Below are positions 27,693 to 37,396 of a stretch of 64,000 nt of DNA, piece by piece. Source of the stretch: Alphaproteobacteria bacterium. GTDB lineage: Bacteria > Pseudomonadota > Alphaproteobacteria > Bin95. The DNA is taken from assembly GCA_963665325.3 (NCBI GenBank), contig OZ224045.1, positions 2,400,001 to 2,464,000 of the forward strand, written 5' to 3'. Position numbers and translations under genes: made by a program. The notes below the pieces were generated by a model that had not been told where the DNA came from, searched no databases, and worked only from the letters and a program-made list of their open reading frames with translations. The number at the start of each line of letters is the position of its first letter. Within the stretch, counting starts at the first letter, position 1.

Positions 27693-28849
27693 GTCGGGCT
27701 CCCGTCGGGCATTGCCTGCAAGCCCTGGGGCGGTGCGGGACTTTCCGCCTGTCTCGCAGCGCACCGACCCGGGACGTCCGCACGGGGTCGTTTCGCCCGC
27801 GGATTCCCGATCGCGTTGCGGCCGTAGTGAAACGCATAGGCCTCATGGACCGCATCGCGGATGCCGGTCGGCCGGTAGCCGAGTTCCCGTTTCGCCTTGC
27901 CGAGATCGGCGTGGCGGCACTTCTTCAGCAGGCGTATGGCGCCGGGGGTGAAGCGCTGGGGAAAGCCCGGGTGGAACCGGCTCAGGTAAAAGCTCGCCAT
28001 CTCCGAAAAGACGAGCATCAGGCGGGTCGGAATCCGCCGGCGCGGCCGCGGGATTCCCGAGACCTCCTCATAGAGGCCCACGATCTCCGAGATGGTCTTG
28101 TACTCGCTGCTGAAGATGTATTTCTCGCCCGAGCGACCGAGGCGCATGCACAACAAATGTCCTTCGACAATGTCGCGTGCCGCGACAAACTCGAAACCGC
28201 CGTCGATATAGGCGCGGAGCTTGCCGTCGGTGTAATCGCACAAGGTTCTTCCCAGTCGCGAGGGGAAGAAATCGGCGCCTCCCACCACAGCACAACATGT
28301 TGCGACCACGACATCCTGTCCCGCCGCCGCGGCGCGCCAGCATTCCTGCTCGACGAGCGACTTGCTGCGCTCGTAGGGCATCGTGCGCTCCATGGGATAG
28401 AACAGCATCGTCTCGTCGCTGGGCGCGGACGGGTCGTCCAGATCGTAACCGACGGCGCTGAAGGAGCCGGTCACCACCACCCGCCCGGCCTCGGCTTCCC
28501 GCGCCGCCTGCAGCACGTTTCGGGTGCCGAGGACATTGCACTCGAAGATTTCCCGGCGGTGGGCGCGGTTGCCTTCGATGGTCGAGATCTTGGCTGCGAC
28601 ATGATAGACGCCCCGACAGCCGGCGAGCGCCTGCCTTACGGCATCCAAGTCCCGAATGTCGCCGAACGCGTGTTCGACATCGAGGCCTTCCAAAGCCTCG
28701 TTGTTGTCCTCATGCCTCAACAACACCCGGACCCGCACGCCGTCGTCGAGCAGCCGGCGCACGAGATTGGCGCCGACATGCCCGGCCGAACCGGTAACGA
28801 AAACGGGCGGCGTCGATGAGCCCGGCGGTATGCTCGATGCTGAAGCCAT
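27689..28849 (-). CDS. sdmB: Extended SDR / 3-beta-HSD-like NAD(P) enzyme, probable SdmB-like C-4 decarboxylase-reductase
   Basis: VTGSAGHVG, GDIRD, HVAA, NVLGTRNV, YERSK; ATGA overlap with the Rieske gene. Confidence 0.7.
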   Translation of the reverse strand: MASASSIPPGSSTPPVFVTGSAGHVGANLVRRLLDDGVRVRVLLRHEDNNEALEGLDVEHAFGDIRDLDAVRQALAGCRGVYHVAAKISTIEGNRAHRREIFECNVLGTRNVLQAAREAEAGRVVVTGSFSAVGYDLDDPSAPSDETMLFYPMERTMPYERSKSLVEQECWRAAAAGQDVVVATCCAVVGGADFFPSRLGRTLCDYTDGKLRAYIDGGFEFVAARDIVEGHLLCMRLGRSGEKYIFSSEYKTISEIVGLYEEVSGIPRPRRRIPTRLMLVFSEMASFYLSRFHPGFPQRFTPGAIRLLKKCRHADLGKAKRELGYRPTGIRDAVHEAYAFHYGRNAIGNPRAKRPRADVPGRCAARQAESPAPPQGLQAMPDGSPT

Positions 28850-29214
28850 CGGAGAGGAGTTCCGCTATGGGGAACGCGGGTGCGCGCCCGTTCGTGCTCC
28901 CCAATAGTGCGGCATCTTCATGACTGTACCTCCATCTTCGGGATGACCCCCGCGCCGACCGACCGGTGCGATGCCCAACAAAGCAGAAACTAGATGGCTC
29001 AATACTATAATGTCCAAGACGATTTAATCATATTGTTCATGAGATTTTCCAATGGATAACCCTGCCGCGGCGCACTCCGAAAAGCGGGTTTCCATTTCCG
29101 TCCCGACCCTCTCCAGACGCGTCCTTGAATAAGGAAAAACGCCCAAATGTCAATAATGCTACTGAGTCAGGCGCTCAACTTCCCGTGCTCCGCCAGAGCT
29201 GCCGCAGGCACCGG

Positions 29215-29595
29215 CTGCATGCCGCCAATGTTCAGGACCGCGACGGCGCGCCGGACGTGCTGAAATCCATACGCAATGCATGTCCCAGGCTCGGCCGCCT
29301 GTTCGCCGATGACGCCTATGCCAGGCCGAAACTGCGCGGCGCCTTCGACAGGATCGGAAAGCGGTCGCTCGAGATCGTCAAGCGTTCCGACAATGCAAGC
29401 GGCTTCGACGTCATCTCCAGGCGATAGGTCGTCGAACGCACCTTTGCATGGCTTGGGCGCTGTCGACGGCTCCCACGGGAACCCGAAAAATCCATCGCCA
29501 CCAGCAAGGCTTGGACGGCCATCGCACACATCCACCTCACAAACCGGCACCTCAAAAGGCCATGTCATCATTGACCGGCTTCCGAGCCGGGCTCT
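29215..29595 (+). pseudogene. IS5-family transposase C-terminal remnant
   Basis: HAANVQDRDGA, LFADDAY, GFDV-RR*VVERTFAWLGRCRRL with in-frame TAG at 29425; IR-like GAGCCGGGCTCT follows. Confidence 0.8.
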
Positions 29596-31313
29596 TCGGC
29601 AGCCGAGAAGAACACACTTCATGACGATCTACCTGATGGGAGGCGAGGTCCCTGTCTCGCTTCCGGCATCCAAGACGGGTATTAACCGGCTGAAACCCAC
29701 CCCGGTGAAAACTTCCTACCGCGGCCTCGGTGCACGCCGCCTACGCCCCCGACTCCCGCCAACAGCGGAACGAGAAGTCCGCGGCGCTTGACACGACCCG
29801 GGAAACACACACATTAGGTCCGACGGTGCCTGGACCGGTTGGGTAAACAGCGACGGCGCGAGCACTTGGCCGGATACGCAGATCGACGCCTTGCAACGAT
29901 AGCCGAATTATACGGTGCCCATTGCTGGAGGCCAATCGCGTCAACAGAGAGGCTTTTGATATGAACTCACCCAGTCCTTTGAACCTTCCGGAAGAGCTAA
30001 TCGTAATGCTTCTCAACGAGCAGACCGGATATTTTTACCAAGTAGAAGGCTGGACATTGAACTGCGTCATCATTGGTGCAGTCCTGGCCGATCTATCACT
30101 GAAATCGCGTATCGATACAGACGAAGAATCGCTCTTCTTGGTCGACTCAACTAAAACAGGAGAACCGATACTCGATCTATGCTTGGAAGAAATCAAATCG
30201 CACCCCGATCAACAGAACACACGTTACTGGTTAGAGAAACTTACGGTTCATTCGGAAACCATTATCGATGCTACGTTAGAACGCTTAGTTAACTTAAAGA
30301 TTTTTACGCATCATGATGGCGGATTCTATACACTCAACCACTCCAACTGGCATAACATCAAGTCCGAGATTGAACAAGTGATCTTTACCGATACTATTCC
30401 CAGTCCCAGAGATTCTTTGATAATTGGTCTTTTGAACGCTTGCAACATCATTCGCTTTATCTTCGAACTTGACGATGACACGGAAGTCAAAATCAAATGG
30501 ATTTGCAACTTGGAAGCAATTAATCGAAAAATGTCCTCCAGCCTGGAACAGGTTATAATTACTCCTGCTATACGATCCACGCCTCTCAGTAAAAAGATTC
30601 CAAAGATTTCTCTGAAGGACCTTTTATCAAATCGACGCTTCTGGGACGGAAATGTTCCAGCACTAATTGCAAGTATCGCTAACCAACATGGCCCCGTCTT
30701 CCAGTTGCAGCTGCCATTTAAGAAGCCGACCACCTTTCTGGCCGGGCCCGAAGTTAATCGATGGGTACATCGGAATGCTCGTACGCATATGACTTCCGGA
30801 AATTATTTTCGCGAGTTAGAAGAGGCCTGCGGCGCACAAGGCTTAATCACGTCCCTGGATGGCGCCGACCACTTTCGACTCCGCAAAGTGATGAGGAGTT
30901 ATTACTCGGCAAGAAAATTCATTGAAAGACTAGATGACGTGTGCAAATTACTCCGGCAATATATGTCAAATCAGAACTGGCAACCCGGATCTGTAATAGA
31001 AGTAAAGCGCGATACTCGTCTGATGATTAACTTACAAATGACTCAAATTACCGTCAGCACCGATTCGCAGGATATTTTTGAAGAACTGGTCGCGTGGAAG
31101 GAAAGAGCGTCCAATTGCTACGTTGGGCATCTGATGCCGAATTTCATGGCACGCACTCCGGCGATGAACAAGCGCTTCAAACTTCTTGGTGCCTTTATGC
31201 GACGAATCGAACAAAACCACACACCCTTTCAACGCGCGGGGGCGGTTCGGGAACTGGCGGACGATGTGTTCAGTTTACATCGCAGCGACCCCCAGTTTCT
31301 TCCGGAACAGAAT

Positions 31314-32080
31314 CTAGGTCGTGGACTCATAAGCACGTAGCCAGAGTCTGATAGTTGCGATCTTGATCATGGCCAGGAAGTTGGCCGCGAGCTTTTCGTA
31401 GCGGGTGGCGATGCGGCGGAACTGCTTGAGCTTGTTGAAGGCGCGTTCGATACGATTTCGCAATCGATACAACAGTTTGCTGAAGGCGTGCCTGGTCTTC
31501 GCGCCTTCTCGGTCGGGGATGATCGCGACGGCATCGCGTTGCTCGATCAGCTCACGGATCCATTTGGCGTCATAGGCCTTGTCGGCGATCAGGAAACTGT
31601 CGGGCGGCAGGTTCGCCAGCATGGCGCCGGCGGTCGTGCTGTCGTGTGCCTGGCCGGGGCTGAGGTCGTAGCGGATCGGCAGACCGGTAACGTCCGCCAC
31701 GGCGTGGATCTTCGTGGTCAGTCCACCACGGGAACGACCCATGCAACGATCCGGACCCCCCTTTTTGCACCCGCCGCGTGCTGGTGAACCCGGACGCTCG
31801 AACTGTCGATCATCTGCACGTTGCTGTCGTAAGCCTCCACCACCGCATCCATCAACTGATCCCAGACGCCCTTCTTGCGCCAGCGGTTGAACCGGTTGTA
31901 GCAGGTCGTATAAGGCCCGTAGCGCTCCGGGAGGTCACGCCACGGCGCCCCCGTGCGAAGCACCCACAGAATGCCGTTCAACACTCGGCGATCGTCCACC
32001 CGAGGGACGCCGCGGGGCTTGTTCGGCAGCAGCGGCTCAATCACACGCCATTCGAAGTCCGTCAGATCGTAGCGGCCCAT
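31314..32080 (-). CDS. IS5-family transposase, OrfA+OrfB joined by a frameshift
   Basis: OrfA LTDFEW, WRDLPERYG, IDSSSVRVH; OrfB GRSRGGLTTKIH, ADKAYD, RNRIERAF. Slippery AAAAAGGGGGG at 31756-31766; the stop codon is supplied by the target TA. Confidence 0.9.
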
Positions 32081-32153
32081 CTCCAAGCTCCCTGAGGTTG
32101 GGAGCTTGAATCACATCTTCGCAAATCACGAAACACCTTATGGGTACACGACC
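31317..32153 (-). mobile_element. Complete IS5-family (IS427-group) insertion sequence, 837 bp
   Basis: 17-bp IRs GGTCGTGGACTCATAAG / GGTCGTGTACCCATAAG; TA duplication at 31315-31316 and 32154-32155 (CTAG target). Confidence 0.93.
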
Positions 32154-32843
32154 TAGTATTCATGTTGGCCGCTGCACCGACGCTTCAAAGCATTTATGTC
32201 GGCGACCTTTTGGGCTTTGCGCTTTACGAAATGGCCAAACATCCTGAGCTCGCAGCGCAGATCAGGGAGGAAGCAAACATCTTTTTTGATGACGAGGGCG
32301 TGGACCGTGGCAAATTTCTGCAGCAATCCGATACGGCTTCACGTCGTTTTCTTATGGAGTGTTTGCGGATGTACCCCATTGTCTGTATGCAAGCCCGGAA
32401 CGTGGCGAACTCCTGCACGGTGGAGAATTTCGCTTTGCCTCTCGGGGAACAGGTGATAATCGCGCAATCCGCAGCTCACTATATGGATGACAGTTTTCCG
32501 GATCCTTACAAGTTTGACATTGATCGCTATTTGCCTCCACGCAACGAGCATCAAAGGCGCGATTACGCGCCATACGGTCTTGGGACGCATATGTGTGTGG
32601 GGTACGTATGGATGAATTTGCAAATGATTGTGACTCTACTGATGATCGCATATCACTTCGAGTTCGCGCCGCCGCCGGAAAATCACAAGCTCAAGATCAG
32701 TCCATTTCCTACCTTGTCAGTTTCAAAAAAGCTCAAGCTCCGCATTGCAAATAGGCTTCATGAATTATCGGCGTGAAACCTTTGTTTACCTTTCACTGAT
32801 TGCCCCAATGCAGACCTGACGCAGAGGAGCTTCGTAGGTAGCC

Positions 32844-35189
32844 ATGCCGCTAATCGCCAAAGGTGCCAAATCGCGTTTTTTTAACCTAATTGTGACTCGA
32901 TGCGTATGGACGGTAGTCGCCTCGGTCGCGGTCATCGCGGCCCTGGCGGCGGGAATGCAGCATCTGGTAGTAGTCGATGTGGGCATTCGAAATCATTTCA
33001 ATGAAAATGATCCACAACTGGCCAAATTGGAACAATTCGAAGAAGCGTATGCAGTGTCGGACAGCGTGCTTGTTGTTGTCGCACCCACCGGCGACACGAT
33101 TTTTACGCGCGAGGCACTGCTGACCATTGAGAAGCTAACCGATGCGCTGTGGTGGACGCCGTATGCTACCCGTGTTACCTCAATCACTAATCACTCACAT
33201 ACGGAGGGAAACGAAACGGGATTGGTTGTCGAGCCGTTGGTCAAAGACGCGACCTCGCTTGACAAAATGGAAATCGATAGAATTCAAACGATTGCACTTT
33301 CCAGTCAAGAGATAGCCGGTCGCCTGGTTTCTCACGATGGCCGTCTGGCGGGGTTGGTTGTTAGTCTAGCTCTTCCCGAAGAGGATCGGGAGAAGACAAA
33401 GCTTGAAGTGGTCAACGCACTCTCCGGTCTCATCAATGAGCAGCGCGGCGCATACTCGGACGTCGAATATCACATCTACGGGGAATTGTTGCTGGATCAG
33501 ACGATCCGCAAGGCGCTGGATGAAGATATGTCCGTTCTTGCGCCGATTGCGTTTGTGACGATGATGCTGGTTGCCATCGTCGTATTGCGTTCGGTTTGGG
33601 GTGTTTTAGGCATATTGACGATGCTGATAGCGGTTATGACTTCTGGCTTCGGTTTCGCAGGCTGGGTCGGTCTAAAGTTTTTTGCGGAGAGCGCAGCAGC
33701 ACTATTCGTGTTAATGGCCATCGCGATCGCGCACTCCGTACACTTGATCCAAGGAATGACGAAGGGCATGCATGACGGGATGGAGCGCAGGGCCGCGATC
33801 ATTCACGCACTGGAAATCAATGGCCGTCCGATTTTTTTGACTTCGATCACCACCGCGATTGGGTTTTTGAGTTTAAATTTTTCAGAAATGCCTCCGTTTC
33901 GAGTGATGGGAAATATTGTGGCGATTGGTGCCATGTGTGCGTTTGTTTATTCGGTTACTCTTTTGCCAGCACTGTTGGCAGTGATGCCTATGCGGGCTCC
34001 AGTCAAGGGGGAAGCTGGGGTAGAGGTTTTTGACCGCTTGGGCAGTTTTGTTGTTTCGAAGAGCACCGCGCTGCTTTGCGTTTTTGCTGTGCTGTCGTTG
34101 GTGAGCGCAATTGGAGTCTCGAGAATTGAGTTAAACGATAATAATCTAAAGCTACTTGATGAAAGTTACGAGCTGCGGAGGTCTGCGGACTTCATCAACC
34201 GGAATTTTTCTGGTTTAGATACATTGGAGTATTCATTGAGCTCCGGGCGAGAGGGGGGAGTTACTGACATAGACTATCTGCGTCAAGTCGATGCATTCGC
34301 TCAATGGCTACGGGGGCAACCGGAGGTCTCGCACGTGACCTCGATTGTCGATATACTGAAACGGTTGAACCAAGATCTGCATAGTGGGGCTGATGGTTCC
34401 TATGCTCTTCCCGAGAACTCGGACCTTGCGGCTCAGTACCTGGTTCTTTATGAGTTTTCTCTTCCGGTCGGGCTCGATTTGAACAATCTGATCAAGTTTG
34501 ACCGTTCAGCAACTCGCATGACAGTTGTGATCGAGTTCATGTCGGTCAGGGAGCAGATAGAACTCGATGACCGTGCGTTAGCTTGGTTGCAAAAGAATGC
34601 GCCCGAAATTCAAACCGGAGCGACCGGCGTTACAATGGTCAGTGCTTATTCAGTGATGAGGAATATCGTCAAGATGTTGATCGGCACCATTATCGCGATG
34701 TCCATCGTTTCGGTTATTTTGATTTTTGTCTTTAAGAGTGTACGTTTGGGACTATTGAGTTTGGTGCCTAATTTTCTGCCAGCCATTATCGCGATGGGGG
34801 TATGGGGTTATGCTGTTGGGACGGTTAGTATTGCCGCATCGATTGTTACGGCGATAGCGTTTGGTATTATCGTGGACGATACCATTCATTTGTTATCGAA
34901 TTACCTGAGAATGCGTGATGAGGGCAGGGCGCCTGCGGAGGCAATCGTACCGACTTTCAAACAGGTCGGTAAGCCGCTGTTGGTTACCACGTTGATTTTC
35001 GCATTGGGATTTTTGGTCTTCGGTGCATCGGGCCTTTCGACCAATCAGACACTCGGGGTTTTGGTGGGTCTCACGATTGTCATTGCATTGGTCGCTGATT
35101 TCCTTTTGTTCCCGGCGCTGCTTGTGGTGCTCGATAGTCGGAGATCGCGATCGAATGAGCCTGCTCCGGATAGGCCGCAGGGGGTGTAG
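32844..35189 (+). CDS. MMPL/RND-superfamily transporter (candidate lipid/sterol exporter)
   Basis: Two repeats of TM + periplasmic loop + 5 TM; LTSITTAIGFLSL, NFLP, GIIVDDTIH, ADFLLFPALL. Confidence 0.88.
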   Translation: MPLIAKGAKSRFFNLIVTRCVWTVVASVAVIAALAAGMQHLVVVDVGIRNHFNENDPQLAKLEQFEEAYAVSDSVLVVVAPTGDTIFTREALLTIEKLTDALWWTPYATRVTSITNHSHTEGNETGLVVEPLVKDATSLDKMEIDRIQTIALSSQEIAGRLVSHDGRLAGLVVSLALPEEDREKTKLEVVNALSGLINEQRGAYSDVEYHIYGELLLDQTIRKALDEDMSVLAPIAFVTMMLVAIVVLRSVWGVLGILTMLIAVMTSGFGFAGWVGLKFFAESAAALFVLMAIAIAHSVHLIQGMTKGMHDGMERRAAIIHALEINGRPIFLTSITTAIGFLSLNFSEMPPFRVMGNIVAIGAMCAFVYSVTLLPALLAVMPMRAPVKGEAGVEVFDRLGSFVVSKSTALLCVFAVLSLVSAIGVSRIELNDNNLKLLDESYELRRSADFINRNFSGLDTLEYSLSSGREGGVTDIDYLRQVDAFAQWLRGQPEVSHVTSIVDILKRLNQDLHSGADGSYALPENSDLAAQYLVLYEFSLPVGLDLNNLIKFDRSATRMTVVIEFMSVREQIELDDRALAWLQKNAPEIQTGATGVTMVSAYSVMRNIVKMLIGTIIAMSIVSVILIFVFKSVRLGLLSLVPNFLPAIIAMGVWGYAVGTVSIAASIVTAIAFGIIVDDTIHLLSNYLRMRDEGRAPAEAIVPTFKQVGKPLLVTTLIFALGFLVFGASGLSTNQTLGVLVGLTIVIALVADFLLFPALLVVLDSRRSRSNEPAPDRPQGV

Positions 35190-35295
35190 TTGGGGATTTG
35201 GGTCGTTTATGGCGTTGATGAGGCGCGAAGCGGGATTTGTAAGGTAGACGGCCTGATTGAGCCGGCTGTGTTCGTGGCATTTCCACGGCAGGAGT

Positions 35296-35576
35296 GTATG
35301 CATCCTCCGAAGGCCGCAGGGGTAGGTAGGCTGCCTTTGAGCGGTGGGTGCGTGGGAGGCGGATTGGTTTGTGGCGTGGGCCGGCTTATGTGGCTTGATC
35401 GGGCCTCTGCTCCGGAACCGAGTTCCAGGGAAGGAGTTCGTCGAGTCGGCTCTGCGGGGTCTCGGCGATCGGGCCGAGAACATCGGCGAACCAGGCCTGC
35501 GGATCGACGTTGTTTAGCTTGGCGGTGCCGATCAGCGTGTAGATCGCCGCCGCCCGGATGCCGCCGCGGCCGGCCG
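35296..35576 (-). mobile_element. IS66-family right-end remnant
   Basis: TnpC C-terminus GGIRAAAIYTLIGTAKLNNVDPQAWFADVL-RLDELLPWN, then GCGGCCTTCGGAGGATGCATAC resembling an IS66 terminus. Confidence 0.8.
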
Positions 35577-36377
35577 TCAGCCGATACGGGCGGACATGCC
35601 GCCATCGACCGGCAGGTTGACACCGGTGATGAACCCGGCTTCGTCCGAGGCGAGGAACAATGCCGCATGGGCGGTGTCCCAGCCCGTCCCCATCTTCTTG
35701 TTGAGCGGGATCTGGGCGTCGCGGGACGCGCGGACCTCTTCGGCGGAAACGCCGCTCCTGCGGACGCGGTAGCCGATGGAGATCGGCGTGTCCATCAGGC
35801 CCGGCATGATGACGTTGCAGCGTATGCCATAGTCCCAATTGGTGCTGGCGAGCATGTGGCAGAAGGCATTCATGCCGGCCTTGGACGCCTTGTAGATCAC
35901 GCGGTCGGCCGCACAGACAGCGATGATCGAGGATACCGCGACAATCGCGCCCGACCGCTGCTCGCGCATGATCGGCACGACCAGCCGAGACGTGCGGTAG
36001 AGACCCTTCAGGTTGACGTCCATCACCCGGTCCCAGACCTCTTCCGGCAGCGACATCGGGTCGTTATCCAGCCCGTCTCCGGTGATGCCTACATTGTAGT
36101 GCAGGATGTCGATGCGCCCGTGCCGGTCGGTGCAGGCCGCAACGAAGGCGGCGCAGTCCCCGTTGCTGGTCACGTCGCCCCGCACCGCGATGCAGTCGCC
36201 GCCTTCCGCGCGGATCATGGCAGCAGTCTCCTCGGCCGAGGCGAGGTTGTTGTCCACCGCCACCACCTTCGCCCCCTCGCGCGCAAACAGGATCGCCGTC
36301 GCGCGGCCGTTGCCGACCGTGTCGCCGTCCTGCTGTCCGGCGCCCACGACCAGCGCCACCTTGTCCTTCAGCTTCAT
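35577..36377 (-). CDS. SDR-family NAD(P)-dependent oxidoreductase
   Basis: KVALVVGAG, GNGRA, YKASK, IRCNVIMPG, ITGVNLPVDGG. Confidence 0.92.
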   Translation of the reverse strand: MKLKDKVALVVGAGQQDGDTVGNGRATAILFAREGAKVVAVDNNLASAEETAAMIRAEGGDCIAVRGDVTSNGDCAAFVAACTDRHGRIDILHYNVGITGDGLDNDPMSLPEEVWDRVMDVNLKGLYRTSRLVVPIMREQRSGAIVAVSSIIAVCAADRVIYKASKAGMNAFCHMLASTNWDYGIRCNVIMPGLMDTPISIGYRVRRSGVSAEEVRASRDAQIPLNKKMGTGWDTAHAALFLASDEAGFITGVNLPVDGGMSARIG

Positions 36378-36502
36378 CGCTCTCGTCCGCCGACCGCTCC
36401 GGTTACGCCTTCCATCTTGCTCCCGCCGCCGACCATCCTCAACCGCGCTCCGGAGCGCCGCCGATGAGCATTCCCCTGTCGGTCATGTTATTCGTAAGCG
36501 CC

Positions 36503-37396
36503 ATGGCGCAAGAACCGCTCGAAGACGATCCGGAGACGTCGCCGCGCTACCTCACGACGAAAGAAGTGGCGGCACTTCTGCGCGTGAGGGAGCGCAAGGT
36601 GTACGACCTCGCCGCTGTCGGCGGGATTCCGCACCGGCGGATCACGGGGAAGCTGCTCTTCCCGCGCACGGAAATCCTGGCGTGGATCGAGGGAGGCGGC
36701 GGTGCCGAATCTCCGGAGCGGCCGGAGGTGCTTACCGGCTCGCACGATCCGCTGCTCGACTGGGCCGTGCGCGAATCCTCGTCGGGGCTTGCGACGCTCT
36801 GGAACGGGAGCCTCGACGGCCTGGACTCCTTCGCCGGCGGTCGCGCCGCGCTTGCCGGGCTGCATATCCCGGAGGAAGCGGACTGGAATGTCCGGACAGT
36901 TGCCGGCCGAGGCATACGCGACTCCGTGCTGATCGCCTGGGTTGCGCGGGCTCGGGGCCTCGTTCTGTCCGAGCGCGTATGCGAAGAGGTTCGCCGCATT
37001 TCCGATCTCAAGGGCAGGCGGGTCGCCATGCGCCAACCGGGCGCCGGGGCTACGGCGCTCTTCGAGAAGCTCCTGTCGAGGGAAGGGCTCGCGGCGACGG
37101 ACTTGGTCCCGTCGGCGGAACTGGCGCGAACCGAGAGCGATGCGGCGGCAGCCGTGGCTGCGGGAGACGCGGATGCGGCGCTGGGCATCGAAGCAATGGC
37201 TCGGCAATTCCACTTGCCGTTCCTGCCGATTGTGCAGGAGCGGTTCGATCTGCTGATCGACCGGCGTTCCTATTTCACCGAACGGGTGCAAGCGCTCATG
37301 GCTTTCGCCCGCAGCGACGCCTTCAGCCGCAAGGCTGATGCGATGGGCGGCTACGATCTGTCCGAGACCGGTCATGTGCGCTGGCTTTCGCCCTGA
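36503..37396 (+). CDS. Excisionase-type HTH + molybdate-binding PBP-domain transcriptional regulator
   Basis: YLTTKEVAALLRV-GKLLFPR (HTH_17); GSHDPLL, GSLDGL, RQPGAG, ERFDL (PBP domain). Confidence 0.82.
   Translation: MAQEPLEDDPETSPRYLTTKEVAALLRVRERKVYDLAAVGGIPHRRITGKLLFPRTEILAWIEGGGGAESPERPEVLTGSHDPLLDWAVRESSSGLATLWNGSLDGLDSFAGGRAALAGLHIPEEADWNVRTVAGRGIRDSVLIAWVARARGLVLSERVCEEVRRISDLKGRRVAMRQPGAGATALFEKLLSREGLAATDLVPSAELARTESDAAAAVAAGDADAALGIEAMARQFHLPFLPIVQERFDLLIDRRSYFTERVQALMAFARSDAFSRKADAMGGYDLSETGHVRWLSP

Larger units (their letters stand above)
29961..32776 (+). pseudogene. GPP34 (GOLPH3/Vps74-like)-cytochrome P450 fusion, interrupted by an IS
   Basis: N-terminal LNLPEELIVMLL, GAVLADLSLKSRI, TGEPILD (GPP34-like); P450 ECLRMYP, PYKFDIDRY, PYGLGTHMCVG. 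Removing the IS and one TA restores one 658-aa frame (PEQNL|VFMLAAA). Confidence 0.85.

Noticed and set aside
19677-28849. Eukaryotic contamination
   Set aside because: There are no introns, the genes show operonic ATGA coupling and SD-like sites, GC is host-like, and bacterial IS scars flank the region. An assembly check is still advisable.
29600-29900. Possible further IS remnant or small ORF before the GPP34-P450
   Set aside because: No transposase motif or paired IR could be supported.
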